A stretch of DNA of 64,000 nucleotides, taken from assembly GCA_963751455.1 (NCBI GenBank), contig CAVVUN010000015.1, positions 64,001 to 128,000 on the forward strand. Reading direction: 5' to 3'. How positions within the stretch are numbered: position 1 is the stretch's first letter; each line of letters opens with the position of its first letter. The position numbers and the translations under genes were made by a program. The notes beneath the pieces are model-generated. The model did no database searches, was not told the DNA's origin, and saw only the letters and a list, made by a program, of their open reading frames with translations. Of this stretch, positions 50,668 to 60,328 are shown piece by piece. Origin of the DNA: Nitrospirota bacterium (lineage in GTDB: Bacteria; Nitrospirota; UBA9217).

Positions 50668-50801
50668 TTGGACGCAGATAAAGGCGGAAAAGGCGGATCA
50701 AACGGATTATTGATGAAACAAGTATCCACCTGATTTTTCATAAGGAAAGTTTGATTTGTTATCTGTTTCTATCCGATGTTAACAGATTCTTCCGCGTCCA
50801 A
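50668..50801. repeat. 9-mer periodic IR element (GCGGA/GCAGA type)
   Basis: TTGGACGCAGATAAAGGCGGAAAAGGCGGATCAAACGGAT ... ATCTGTTTCTATCCG...TTCCGCGTCCAA. Confidence 0.6.
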
Positions 50802-50860
50802 ATGCTCTCGATAGGTTTTTTGAGGCTCAAAATAATTGGTTTTTTGCGGGAGGCATAAAT

Positions 50861-51340
50861 ATGAACATTACTCCGCTCGATATACAGCAGAAGCGGTTTC
50901 ATATGGGCTTTCGAGGTTACGAACGAAGCGAGGTGGATTCCTTTCTCGATATGGTACGCGAGGAAATGGAGGCTCTGCTTCGCGAAGTCACGGAGCTGCG
51001 CGAGTTCCAGCAGACCTATGAAACACGAATGCAAGAGCTGAACCAGCGGGAAGAGACGGTCAAGAACACAATGATCATGACTCAAAAGCTTGCGGAAGAC
51101 CTCAAGGAAAACGCTCGCAAGGAAGCGGCTCTGATCGTAAAAGATTCGGAACTCCGCAGCCAGCACATAACAGGCAACGCGCAGCAGGAGAAGGTGAAGC
51201 TGGAGTTCGAGATACAGGAGCTGAAGCGGCGGAAGCATCATTTTCTGCAGGACATCAAAAAAGTCATCGAGATGCACCTTGAGATGACGAAGTTTGAGGA
51301 AGGCGGCGATGAGACCCGCGAAGAAACCGCCAAGGGGTAA
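50861..51340 (+). CDS. divIVA: DivIVA domain protein
   Basis: ITPLDIQQKRF...FRGY...EVDSFL followed by a coiled coil. Confidence 0.92.
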   Translation: MNITPLDIQQKRFHMGFRGYERSEVDSFLDMVREEMEALLREVTELREFQQTYETRMQELNQREETVKNTMIMTQKLAEDLKENARKEAALIVKDSELRSQHITGNAQQEKVKLEFEIQELKRRKHHFLQDIKKVIEMHLEMTKFEEGGDETREETAKG

Positions 51341-51620
51341 GGCAAAAGCGGCAGCAGCCACTTTGTCGGTACGCATACAGCCGCGGGCGTCGAAGAACGA
51401 GGTCGTCAGCAGGGAAGGCGGCGTCAAGATCAGGCTCACTGCTCCGCCCGTTGACGGCGCGGCAAACGAGGCTTTGGTCCGGTTTTTGGCTGATACTCTT
51501 TGCGTATCAAAATCCCAGGTCGAGATCGTCTCGGGGCACACGGCGAGGGACAAAGTTGTCAAAATCAGCGGTATCGACAAGACCGCTGCGGAAACGATCT
51601 TGAATAAGGCAGCGAAATAG
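51309..51620 (+). CDS. DUF167 / YggU family protein
   Basis: VRIQPRAS, APPVDGAAN, VSGHTARDK. Confidence 0.9.
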   Translation: MRPAKKPPRGKAKAAAATLSVRIQPRASKNEVVSREGGVKIRLTAPPVDGAANEALVRFLADTLCVSKSQVEIVSGHTARDKVVKISGIDKTAAETILNKAAK

Positions 51621-51676
51621 GTTATTATAAATTGTATTTTACAATGGCTATGAGCAGAGGGCTAGAAAGAATGTTC

Positions 51677-51790
51677 ACCGCTAAGAACGCAAAGGACGCG
51701 AAGGAAGGCAAAGGGCTTTGATCCTGGGTTTTGAAACCCAAAGAAAAGATTCTGATTCTGGTTTCCTGGCGACCTTCGCGCCTTCGCGGT
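51677..51790. repeat. Periodic IR element, CGCGAAGG family
   Basis: ACCGCTAAGAACGCAAAGGACGCGAAGGAAGGCAAA ... GCGACCTTCGCGCCTTCGCGGT; right arm matches 1560-1581. Confidence 0.8.
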
Positions 51791-51844
51791 AATCACGTTA
51801 GGTTTTAGCTGTTTTCTCTGTTTTAATTTAATACTTCTTCAAAA

Positions 51845-52199
51845 GGGGGCGACAGGCTTCGACGGGGACACAGAGGTCAGGAGTTGCATGCCGAGGTGCC
51901 ATGGGGTCTCGTTAAACACATGGCAAAATAGAACTGCCAATAACGAACTGGCATACGCAGCCTAATTAACTAGGTCGCGCGTCTCCCGGCTGCCGCCTGA
52001 GCGGCCGAAGGGATGTCACAATTCGGGCTGGTCTTCCTGTTATGTCCGGGGCTGGAAGATAAGATAATCCGGGCTGGCCGATTCCGGAGCTTTCCCCGAG
52101 GCGACTGAAAAGGCGAGAGCTTTAAACGAGGGGAAAAGCATGTATGAGCTTCTGTCTGACGGTTTTCGGACGTGGGTTCGAATCCCACCGCCTCCACCA
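51845..52199 (+). ncRNA. ssrA: tmRNA
   Basis: 5' GGGGGCG..TTCGAC; T-arm GGTTCGAATCC; CGCCTCC-ACCA 3' end; tag reading frame ANNELAYAA* at 51936-51965. Confidence 0.96.
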
Positions 52200-52239
52200 A
52201 TTATAATCCAGTAAAATCCAGCAAAGTCGAATGTACTGC

Positions 52240-52277
52240 AAAAGCCCCTCTAAACAACAGGGGGGCTTTTTCTTTTT
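52240..52277 (+). terminator. Intrinsic terminator after ssrA
   Basis: AAAAGCCCC...GGGGCTTTT followed by T-rich tail. Confidence 0.65.
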
Positions 52278-52413
52278 CCGTTGTTCCACCTATCCATGGA
52301 TAGGCTCCTTCTTGACGCAGTCTCATCTCCCTAATACTGCTTGCAAAGAACATAAAGTAAGATATAGCTGACCTGCAGAATATCCCCTGTTTCTTTTCGA
52401 CAGCGGATACGCG

Positions 52414-53511
52414 CTATCTTCCAGAATTCAAACGCAAAATTTGATCAAGAAAAATTGCAGCCGACTTGTTCCAGGAATATCGCTCAACCTGCCTTTTTCC
52501 TTTAACAATCAGCTCTTCTCTCAATGAGCCATTATCGGACAGAGCAACAATTGCATCTGCAAATTCCTTTTCATTATCGGGATTAATATAGAGAACCCCG
52601 TCACCGCAGACTTCTGGAATTGAGGAATAAGGTGTTGTAATTACCGGGCATCCAACATTCATTGCCTCTACGGGAGGCAGACCGAATCCTTCATAATATG
52701 AAGGATAGATCAGTCCCTTTGCATTTCTCATCAATGAGATCATTTCCTGATCGGTTACATAGTCGAGTTCTCGTACAATCCCGAGGGCTACCGCCGGAGC
52801 CGTCATTTTTTTAAATTCTTCACGAATATCCGATTTTACTCCAGTTAAATATAATTTACTGGTAATCTTCTTTTCACGATGAAGTTCCAAAAAGACCTTA
52901 ATTAGCGGGGCGAGCCCTTTGCGTCGATCATACCCGCCCGGGTATAGAAAATAATCTTCAACCCTGCCAATGTCGTATATCGGATCATATTTCTCAGGTA
53001 CCAGGGTGGGTGCGTTGTAAATAACTATGGGTTCTGAATGGACCTTGAAATACTTGATAATGTCTTTTTTTGAATATTCAGAAACGGTAAAAACTATATT
53101 CGAACGGTCTATATCGTTTTGACGCCTTTTTTTGTATCGGTTCAATTTGGCGGAGGTCTTGATTAAATTCGGAACAATCATGGGCAATACATCATGCAAC
53201 GTCATTACTATATTATGGTTGGTATAAATTTTCGGTATCATCCCGTTTGCGGGAAAGTGAACGGGGGAACTGGAATGGGCATTTAAATATACGTTATATA
53301 GAATAAATCGCCATACATTTCTATGCAACTTCGGCTTCCAGGTTACAAGATCAAAATTCTCAGGCAATATGGTCGCTAAGGGTTTCCTCGCAATACCGAC
53401 AAATTTTAAGTCAGGCATCGCCTCCTGGCATGCTTTATAAAGACAAAGAGTTGTCTTTACCATTCCTCTCGGTGCATTTTTAAAATCTTCTGCATCGAAA
53501 ATTATTTTCAT
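52414..53511 (-). CDS. Glycosyltransferase family 4 (GT-B)
   Basis: TLHDVLP, TVSEYSK, YPSYYEGFGLPPVEAM, YSWNKSA. Confidence 0.92.
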   Translation of the reverse strand: MKIIFDAEDFKNAPRGMVKTTLCLYKACQEAMPDLKFVGIARKPLATILPENFDLVTWKPKLHRNVWRFILYNVYLNAHSSSPVHFPANGMIPKIYTNHNIVMTLHDVLPMIVPNLIKTSAKLNRYKKRRQNDIDRSNIVFTVSEYSKKDIIKYFKVHSEPIVIYNAPTLVPEKYDPIYDIGRVEDYFLYPGGYDRRKGLAPLIKVFLELHREKKITSKLYLTGVKSDIREEFKKMTAPAVALGIVRELDYVTDQEMISLMRNAKGLIYPSYYEGFGLPPVEAMNVGCPVITTPYSSIPEVCGDGVLYINPDNEKEFADAIVALSDNGSLREELIVKGKRQVERYSWNKSAAIFLDQILRLNSGR

Positions 53512-53731
53512 TTTACATTAATTCTCCTGGCGCGGGAATTGTGGAGTTTTAGATAATTTCTATCTAGGCGTACCTTGATTGAGCAGAAAGATCTTCATGT
53601 CGTCCAGATTTAATACTAGCCTGAATGTCAGTGAACGTCAACTGAAAGAATGCGTTAAGGATTGAAAGCAGAGAGAAGGCATCGGGCATCGGCCTCGGGG
53701 ACATTGATGTGAGAGCCAGTTTGAGCGCGAT

Positions 53732-53765
53732 AAAAAAGCCCTCCTTTCTTAACAAAAGAGGGCTT
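53732..53765 (-). terminator. Intrinsic terminator downstream of the Rhs gene
   Basis: Minus strand AAGCCCTC...GAGGGCTTTTTT. Confidence 0.6.
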
Positions 53766-53785
53766 CCAAATTTTTATTAACTTGT

Positions 53786-53912
53786 AATTCCCTGTAGCTT
53801 GCTACAGGGTCACCTCGTAGAGGGAAGAGTTTGAGAAACCGCAGGTTGCTCAAATGATCATCGTCTTCCTCTTTATAGATACCCCGTCAGCTTGCTGCGG
53901 GGGTGGTTCATT
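53786..53912. mobile_element. Two-hairpin non-autonomous element (IS200/IS605- or REP-like)
   Basis: Related hairpins CCCTGTAGCTTGCTACAGGG and CCCCGTCAGCTTGCTGCGGGG in the same orientation, ~70 bp apart. Confidence 0.55.
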
Positions 53913-53917
53913 AATGA

Positions 53918-56900
53918 TCAATGGTGATCAGATTGATCCACTGCTAAAGAGACAGAAGCTGTGCCATGTAATAATGCAGAATAAGTAACAACACCTGATA
54001 ATGGCATGCTTCCTATAAACCAGGGCCATTTTGACCAACCGTCGGTCAATCCCACCCACCATCTCCCATTTATATTGTGATTCCATATATCATGTAAAAC
54101 AGCTAGGGCATTTTGACCAGGAATGAAATTCGCAAGAAAACTAACAGGACCTCCTTCTTTTAAAGGCCACAGATAAAAAGGTACTCCACTTCCTCTATTT
54201 GAAAATCCCCAATTCATCATTGTGGTCCAGGTTACTGCCTCATCGTTCAGTTTAGGAGAAGCCCCGAGACCTGGAAGTGGATTTGGACCCTGCCCATTGC
54301 AATCATTACAGCCTGGCACATCAGTTAATGAGTTCTGATAAATCAATTCAGCGCCACTACTCAGGGCAGACATATAGAAACCATTCCAGAATTTGCCGCC
54401 CTGCGCGTGAGCAGATGCGCCACCAACAAGACCTGACGCAGCAACCTGTCCTGTATAACCTGCAATACTGTCAGTTTCCCAGTCCATGATATATGAACTT
54501 GCCATAGATGTTCCCCATGAAATTGCTGCAGATTTCAGCATATCATTGAAATGTCCTCCATAAGCGTATGCTTCATACGCACCAATTACTGCTGAACCAG
54601 CGCCATAGTACTCATCTCCTATATAACTAGCAGCTATATGTATCGCAGCATTATAATATCGATTATTGAAGTACTTCGCGTGTTTATTCTGCCTCCTATG
54701 CCCGGTTGGATCCGCATAGTTGACTGGATTGTTCCCCACATAAGAGTATCTGTTAAGTGATTGCGGATTAGTGAAATTAGGTACAATTGTATCCGCGGTG
54801 ATAAATCTACCGAGAACAGGATTATAGTACCGCGCATTGTAGTAGTACAACCCTGTATCTGCATCGAGTTCTTGTGACGTGTACTTGTGCGCCATTGATA
54901 CCGATCCAGTGTCCATACTGGTTGCCCCGAATGGCATGTATTGTATTTCTTCCATTTTATTGCCATTTCCGTTGGTTATCACCCTGTTGCTTCCCAGATG
55001 GTCTTGGTGGTAGTACATGACCTCAGAGCTCACCTTGTTAGCTACAAGGACTCCTCCTGCAAAAATATATTTCGAGCAAATGCCTGCTTTGCACTCGTAG
55101 TGCTTGCCGATATAAATATTTGTCCCGGTTGGTGCGGCCTTTTTTACTCGCTGGCCGTTGTAGTCGTATGTAAAGTTAATTGTCTTTCCATAGGCAGTGA
55201 CGCTCTTAGGCATGTTGTCTTCGTTATATACAATCATGCGGGTGCCGTCCGTGAGCATGTTGCCGTTGGGGTCGTAGTTGTAGGTCTTGCCATCGGGAAG
55301 TGTGGTTCTTACCGCATGAGGCTTGAGGCCGGTCTGGTCGTAGGTGTACGTTAGGCCCTCTTTTGAAGTGATGTTTCCGATTTGATCGTAATCATACGAC
55401 AGCGTTCCGTAGCTCGTGCTCTGGGCCTGCCACAAACGGTTCAGCTCGTCATACAGGAAAGCCTGAGAGCGACTTGAATCTATCGCATCAGTCATGGTTG
55501 AGATGTTGCCTAAATTGTCATATACATACGTCAGGTTCAAAAGCTGAGGCTCCGATGGCTTTCCAACCTGGATTGATTTAAGTCGATTGTTTCCGGGATA
55601 GTACTCAAAGGTTGTGTTAACGCCGTTGCCATAACTTAATATTCGTGCCTGTCCGAGGGGGTTATACTCATAATATTGCGCATAGGGAGTAGCATTGCTA
55701 CCTGTCACCACAGAAAGGACTTCCGCATCGTAAATATACGAAACAATCTCCTGATCTGGATATTTTATACTTGTTACTCTGTCAAGGCTATCGTAGCCGT
55801 ACTCCGTGGTATAGTTCACAGCAGTAATCGTCTTGACGGTCTTTTTTGGCCTTCCTTTAATGTCATAATGGTACACTATCTGGCCGGAACCGTCCGTAAC
55901 CTTTGAAAGCCTGCCCTTGCTGTAAGTGGACGTCGGCAGATCATAGTAATATGTGACCGGGACTGGGGCGAGCTTGTTCGTCACTCTGTTCAGCTTGTCG
56001 TAAATGAAACTGATAGTCTGCCCCTTGGCGTCTTTTTGGGATATTACATTGCCGTTAGCGTCATATTGATAGGTCCAGTTGCCGGCCTCGCCGTCATCCG
56101 TCGCGCTGCTCATGTCGGGATCATGCATAAAGGTTTTCCTGCTGAGTGTGTCATAGCGCATTCGGGTCTCATTCCCTGCGGCATCGGTCACCTTCAAAAG
56201 GTTTCCGAGCACATCGTACTGATAAGTAGTCGTGGCATAAGGGCTCTCTATGCCTGTTGTGCAGTCGTTGAAAGTGCCTAAATATTCTTCGACCTTGGCT
56301 AACCGACCGAGGGTGTCCCTAGTTTCCCGCCTTCGGTGACCGTTTGCATCGATAGATACAGTTACACCGTCATTATAGCAGCCAAGGGTCACCGTTCCAT
56401 CCGGCTCGCTGACCCGAACATTACGGCCAAGGGCATCATAAGTGAATGTTTTCCAGCTAACAATATCGTCGATTCCCTCGAAATAGGGCAGAGAAGTTTG
56501 CAAAACAGTTCCCGTGGCATTATATTTCGTCACGGATCTAATAGTTTTTGTATCAGGACCGGTCTTTTCCACTGCGGCTGTTCTACCCATGCCGTCGAAG
56601 TATGACCAGGAAAAGAGCCCGGTTGATGTGTCTATCCTGACATGCTGCTCCCCGACAATGCCAAAATCAATATACGACCGGTTGATCCATCCTCCATCCG
56701 GCGTTGTGGTTTTTGTTGGACGTCCGAATACATCGTATTGTGACGTGGTCACAGCGCCGTTCGGATCGGTAATTTTCCTTACTTGCCCGTAAAGGCCGTT
56801 ATCCGAAGCAACCCCGTCTATGCCATAGTACTGGGTCAGGGTAGTATGCCCGAGCGGATTTTTCGCAGTCGTGGAAAATGTGTACGAATTGTCGTACATA

Positions 56901-59900
56901 AAGGTTGAAATATTTCCCTTCGGGTCCCGTGTGCAGGCGAGATTTCCGTAGGCGTCGTACGCCATGCGCACTGCCGGGTTCGTTCCTCCATCGAGCCAGC
57001 GTACAATACGAGTGAGATTGCCTTTCGTGGGCGGCTGGTTTTCGGGAGTCATTGCAGCAAACGTGCAGTCCACAGGCTCGTCATAATAGAATGTAGTTTC
57101 AGCCGTTTTGATGGTAGCGGTCGTTCCGCTATATATGGTCTCACTCGCAGGCAGGCTAAGAATCCATTTATCTGTATTCGGGAAATAGGTCCTTTCAACT
57201 CTACGGTCGTCAGTTGCATCGGTCACATCACCATAATGCTCTTCGCGCGTCACGTTGCCGTATGCATCGTAGGCGTAAATGCTCTTTGTCTCTCTGGTAC
57301 AAGCGTCGCCGTCGCAAAGATATGAATGGACCTCCTCCGGCGGATTGAAATAGGGCGTTCCGCTGCCGGCACTATATAGCGTTGTTGTTTTAGAATATTC
57401 CCGGCCTTGTGCATCGGTCAGGCGAGAATAGTAAGGCTTGCCTTTCATATAACCGTCATTGCCGGAAGGGTTGTCTACATAAAGCGATGGGTTTGCTATA
57501 TCGACTGTACCGGTTACATTGCCGCGGTGGAACCATGTCTCTGTTACGAGTTGCTCGCCGTCCGGCCCGGCTGGCCCGGTGACCGTCACGTGATTAAAGC
57601 CACGGAATTCACGTTCGCCGATATGATAGTACCCGCCGGAATAATTATACAGAGTGGTCGATTCTATCCCCATACATAGAGACGTTGTAGAATCATAATT
57701 TTCGCAGTTTTTAATGACGCTGAGCGTCTGTATGGGAAAGGGGAGCTGTGTGTTATTATATTGTGAAGAAGGCTTATATGTTATATTTGTATTCCCACCT
57801 ATACCGTTCAGAATATCTGAGACCATATTTACTGCATTACCTGACCCTACAGCTACAGATAGACTCGTATCTATGTTTATATGACCGACGTCGATTTTAC
57901 CGTCGCCGTTAAAATCTCCAAAATTGTACCTGCTTGCATCACCCCACCCCATGCTCCCCCACGGATAGCGGGCAGTAAATCGAGAACCCTTGGAAAAAAT
58001 AACCGATAACGTGCCGTCATTGATGTTAATGTTGAGCACATCACTCCTGCCATCTCCGTTGAAATCCCCCAATTTTATACGCCATGGGTCACCCCATCCA
58101 ACACCACCCCACTCAGCCGCCGGCTCAAACCCCGTTCCGTTCGATACGGCCACCAACAACGATCCGTTCACCTCGTCGATGTTAATAAATAGCACGTCCG
58201 TTTTGCCATCGCCATTAAAATCGCCCAACATGTGCCGTTCCGGATCGCCCCAGCCAGCATGTCCCCATGGTTGAGACGTTGATGAAGTTGTGAAACCGGT
58301 ACCCGTGGACAGAGCTACTGTCAAGGGACCATTCATTGACGGCTCGTCCAGATTTATGAAGAGCACATCTGTCTTACCATCCCCGTTGAAATCGCCCAGC
58401 ATGTGCCGTTCCGGATCGCCCCAGCCAGCATGCCCCCATGGTTGAGGTGTTGATGAAGTGGTAAAACTGGTCCCTGTCGACAGAGCCACTGTTAACGTGC
58501 CATCCATATTGATGAAGAGCACATCGGTCTTCCCGTCTCCGTTAAAGTCGCCCAGCATATGCCGTATCGGATCGCCCCAGCCGGCATGCCCCCACGGTTG
58601 AGATGTTGACGAAGTGGTAAAATTAGCGCCTGTGGAAAGAGCCACTGTTAAGGGACCATTCATTGACGGCTCATCCAGATTTATAAAGAGCACATCAGTT
58701 TTCCCGTCCCCGTCAAAGTCGCCCAGCATATGCCGTATCGGATCGCCCCAGCCGGCATGCCCCCACGGTTGAGATGTTGACGAAGTGGTAAAATTAGCGC
58801 CTGTGGAAAGAGCCACGGTTAAGGGACCATTCATTGACGGCTCATCCAGATTTATAAAGAGCACATCAGTTTTCCCGTCCCCGTCAAAGTCGCCCAGCAT
58901 ATGCCGTATCGGATCGCCCCAGCCTATTTCTCCCCAAGAGGTGGCCGGATCGAAGGAAGTATTTTCATCTGAATATTTTATGTTGATGGCGGGTAGAGCA
59001 CTGCCTTCGGTAATAGTCCCATTATCAAGAGAGGCATCTTTCCCATATTGCTGCACGGCTGACAGGATAGAGCGTTCGGTCGATGTACTAGGGGAATACG
59101 CTAATTTATACGCCCGGACGCGATTGCCACTGGCAATAACATCTATTGTTTTCAACCTGAAGGCAGTTCTTACCCGAAAATTAACGGTGTACATATCCGG
59201 AGCGTCGGTACGGGATTCAAGATGGAATTTGACGTAATTCGTAGTCGGTGTTCCATCCGTATTGGCTGTATAAGATATTTGATTAAGATAAATTTGTCCT
59301 TCATAAGCATGGCCCTGTACTTCCTTTGCATATGAGAACGTCATATAGTTGCCGTTTGTGTCTTCGACCGTATCCAAGCACCATTTGAAGACTCTGTTCC
59401 CGTTCGAAGGGTCATCTTGTTTAGGCGTAGCAGTTCCATACGCAGTTTTTCCAAAAGTAAACTTTGTTCCTTTTTTATCAAATACCTCCCAGTAATTCGG
59501 GCTGCCGTCTAGATTGACAATTTTCATTACTTTAAAAAAGACCCCCTCTATTTTTGCCCGATATTCGTTTTCGTTTACATTTACCAAATCCATGGTCGCG
59601 CCGGCGACGTTCAAGATATATCCATCAGTTTCGGTGTAAGACAAGCCATGTTTAGCGCTTCGCTCAATGGACCCTACTTCAAGTTCCCATCCGAACCCAA
59701 CCCAACTGTCTCCATTATTGCTTCTATATGTCAATGCAAGACCCGGATCCATGCCTTTTCGGCCGAAGGGCACCTCAATCGGGATCGAGTAAGACATGGT
59801 TCCGGTCGAAAGATCGGGCATAACTGTTCCACTGCCCGCGCCTCCGCTTAATCCAACTTTATATTTTGGTGCAGACTGGCTGCTGCCCGTATCATTGGCA

Positions 59901-59995
59901 AAAGCAGGTCTAAATAAGACTGCGATCAGAGAACACAAGCAGATTGAAAGAAAGACTTTAATCCAATCATTTACGTGAAAGAAAATGCGCCACAT
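53918..59995 (-). CDS. Secreted SpvB + FG-GAP + YD/Rhs-repeat protein (TcB/TcC-like shell), 2025 aa
   Basis: Signal peptide ending AFA; YSIPIEVP.GR.G..P.LAL.Y SpvB start; seven GDF(D/N)GDG repeats; YD repeats; Rhs core GLYYYNARYYNPVLGRF...NPVNYADPTGH; GGAGGA RBS before 59995. Confidence 0.92.
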   Translation of the reverse strand: MWRIFFHVNDWIKVFLSICLCSLIAVLFRPAFANDTGSSQSAPKYKVGLSGGAGSGTVMPDLSTGTMSYSIPIEVPFGRKGMDPGLALTYRSNNGDSWVGFGWELEVGSIERSAKHGLSYTETDGYILNVAGATMDLVNVNENEYRAKIEGVFFKVMKIVNLDGSPNYWEVFDKKGTKFTFGKTAYGTATPKQDDPSNGNRVFKWCLDTVEDTNGNYMTFSYAKEVQGHAYEGQIYLNQISYTANTDGTPTTNYVKFHLESRTDAPDMYTVNFRVRTAFRLKTIDVIASGNRVRAYKLAYSPSTSTERSILSAVQQYGKDASLDNGTITEGSALPAINIKYSDENTSFDPATSWGEIGWGDPIRHMLGDFDGDGKTDVLFINLDEPSMNGPLTVALSTGANFTTSSTSQPWGHAGWGDPIRHMLGDFDGDGKTDVLFINLDEPSMNGPLTVALSTGANFTTSSTSQPWGHAGWGDPIRHMLGDFNGDGKTDVLFINMDGTLTVALSTGTSFTTSSTPQPWGHAGWGDPERHMLGDFNGDGKTDVLFINLDEPSMNGPLTVALSTGTGFTTSSTSQPWGHAGWGDPERHMLGDFNGDGKTDVLFINIDEVNGSLLVAVSNGTGFEPAAEWGGVGWGDPWRIKLGDFNGDGRSDVLNININDGTLSVIFSKGSRFTARYPWGSMGWGDASRYNFGDFNGDGKIDVGHINIDTSLSVAVGSGNAVNMVSDILNGIGGNTNITYKPSSQYNNTQLPFPIQTLSVIKNCENYDSTTSLCMGIESTTLYNYSGGYYHIGEREFRGFNHVTVTGPAGPDGEQLVTETWFHRGNVTGTVDIANPSLYVDNPSGNDGYMKGKPYYSRLTDAQGREYSKTTTLYSAGSGTPYFNPPEEVHSYLCDGDACTRETKSIYAYDAYGNVTREEHYGDVTDATDDRRVERTYFPNTDKWILSLPASETIYSGTTATIKTAETTFYYDEPVDCTFAAMTPENQPPTKGNLTRIVRWLDGGTNPAVRMAYDAYGNLACTRDPKGNISTFMYDNSYTFSTTAKNPLGHTTLTQYYGIDGVASDNGLYGQVRKITDPNGAVTTSQYDVFGRPTKTTTPDGGWINRSYIDFGIVGEQHVRIDTSTGLFSWSYFDGMGRTAAVEKTGPDTKTIRSVTKYNATGTVLQTSLPYFEGIDDIVSWKTFTYDALGRNVRVSEPDGTVTLGCYNDGVTVSIDANGHRRRETRDTLGRLAKVEEYLGTFNDCTTGIESPYATTTYQYDVLGNLLKVTDAAGNETRMRYDTLSRKTFMHDPDMSSATDDGEAGNWTYQYDANGNVISQKDAKGQTISFIYDKLNRVTNKLAPVPVTYYYDLPTSTYSKGRLSKVTDGSGQIVYHYDIKGRPKKTVKTITAVNYTTEYGYDSLDRVTSIKYPDQEIVSYIYDAEVLSVVTGSNATPYAQYYEYNPLGQARILSYGNGVNTTFEYYPGNNRLKSIQVGKPSEPQLLNLTYVYDNLGNISTMTDAIDSSRSQAFLYDELNRLWQAQSTSYGTLSYDYDQIGNITSKEGLTYTYDQTGLKPHAVRTTLPDGKTYNYDPNGNMLTDGTRMIVYNEDNMPKSVTAYGKTINFTYDYNGQRVKKAAPTGTNIYIGKHYECKAGICSKYIFAGGVLVANKVSSEVMYYHQDHLGSNRVITNGNGNKMEEIQYMPFGATSMDTGSVSMAHKYTSQELDADTGLYYYNARYYNPVLGRFITADTIVPNFTNPQSLNRYSYVGNNPVNYADPTGHRRQNKHAKYFNNRYYNAAIHIAASYIGDEYYGAGSAVIGAYEAYAYGGHFNDMLKSAAISWGTSMASSYIMDWETDSIAGYTGQVAASGLVGGASAHAQGGKFWNGFYMSALSSGAELIYQNSLTDVPGCNDCNGQGPNPLPGLGASPKLNDEAVTWTTMMNWGFSNRGSGVPFYLWPLKEGGPVSFLANFIPGQNALAVLHDIWNHNINGRWWVGLTDGWSKWPWFIGSMPLSGVVTYSALLHGTASVSLAVDQSDHH
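58545..58923. repeat. Near-identical 171-bp tandem repeat within the FG-GAP region
   Basis: GCCGTATCGGATCGCCCCAGCC recurs at 58561, 58732, 58903. Confidence 0.9.
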
Positions 59996-60328
59996 ATTAG
60001 TCCTCCCCAAAAATATAAAGTTGTAAACAAAAGCGAAAATATCGGCGAAAGATAGGAATGGTACCAAGATTGAAAACTTCTAAACTCGGCTAGCTGTTTT
60101 ACCTTGATATGGCAAGAAAGAGATACAAGATACTTTAGTTCGAAAAAAGATAACAAAATAAAAAATGCGTGTCAATGAATATTTATGCATAAATTAATAA
60201 TTGAGTGCAACTATGCGCAACTTACTGCGATTCGTTTATGAATTTTTCGGCTTGACTATATTATTAGTATGTAATACTATTTTCGTAGAAAAAATTCTAA
60301 CGCGCTTCACTGATGCAGGAGGTGCACT

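Noticed and set aside
51970-52200. 76-aa ORF or a tRNA gene
   Set aside because: Antisense to tmRNA; the tRNA-like end belongs to ssrA.
53564-53755. Rhs immunity gene candidate
   Set aside because: Starts inside the terminator hairpin, lacks an RBS and has no protein-like features.
58060-58923. CRISPR or DGR repeat
   Set aside because: Repeats are in-frame protein-coding FG-GAP units.
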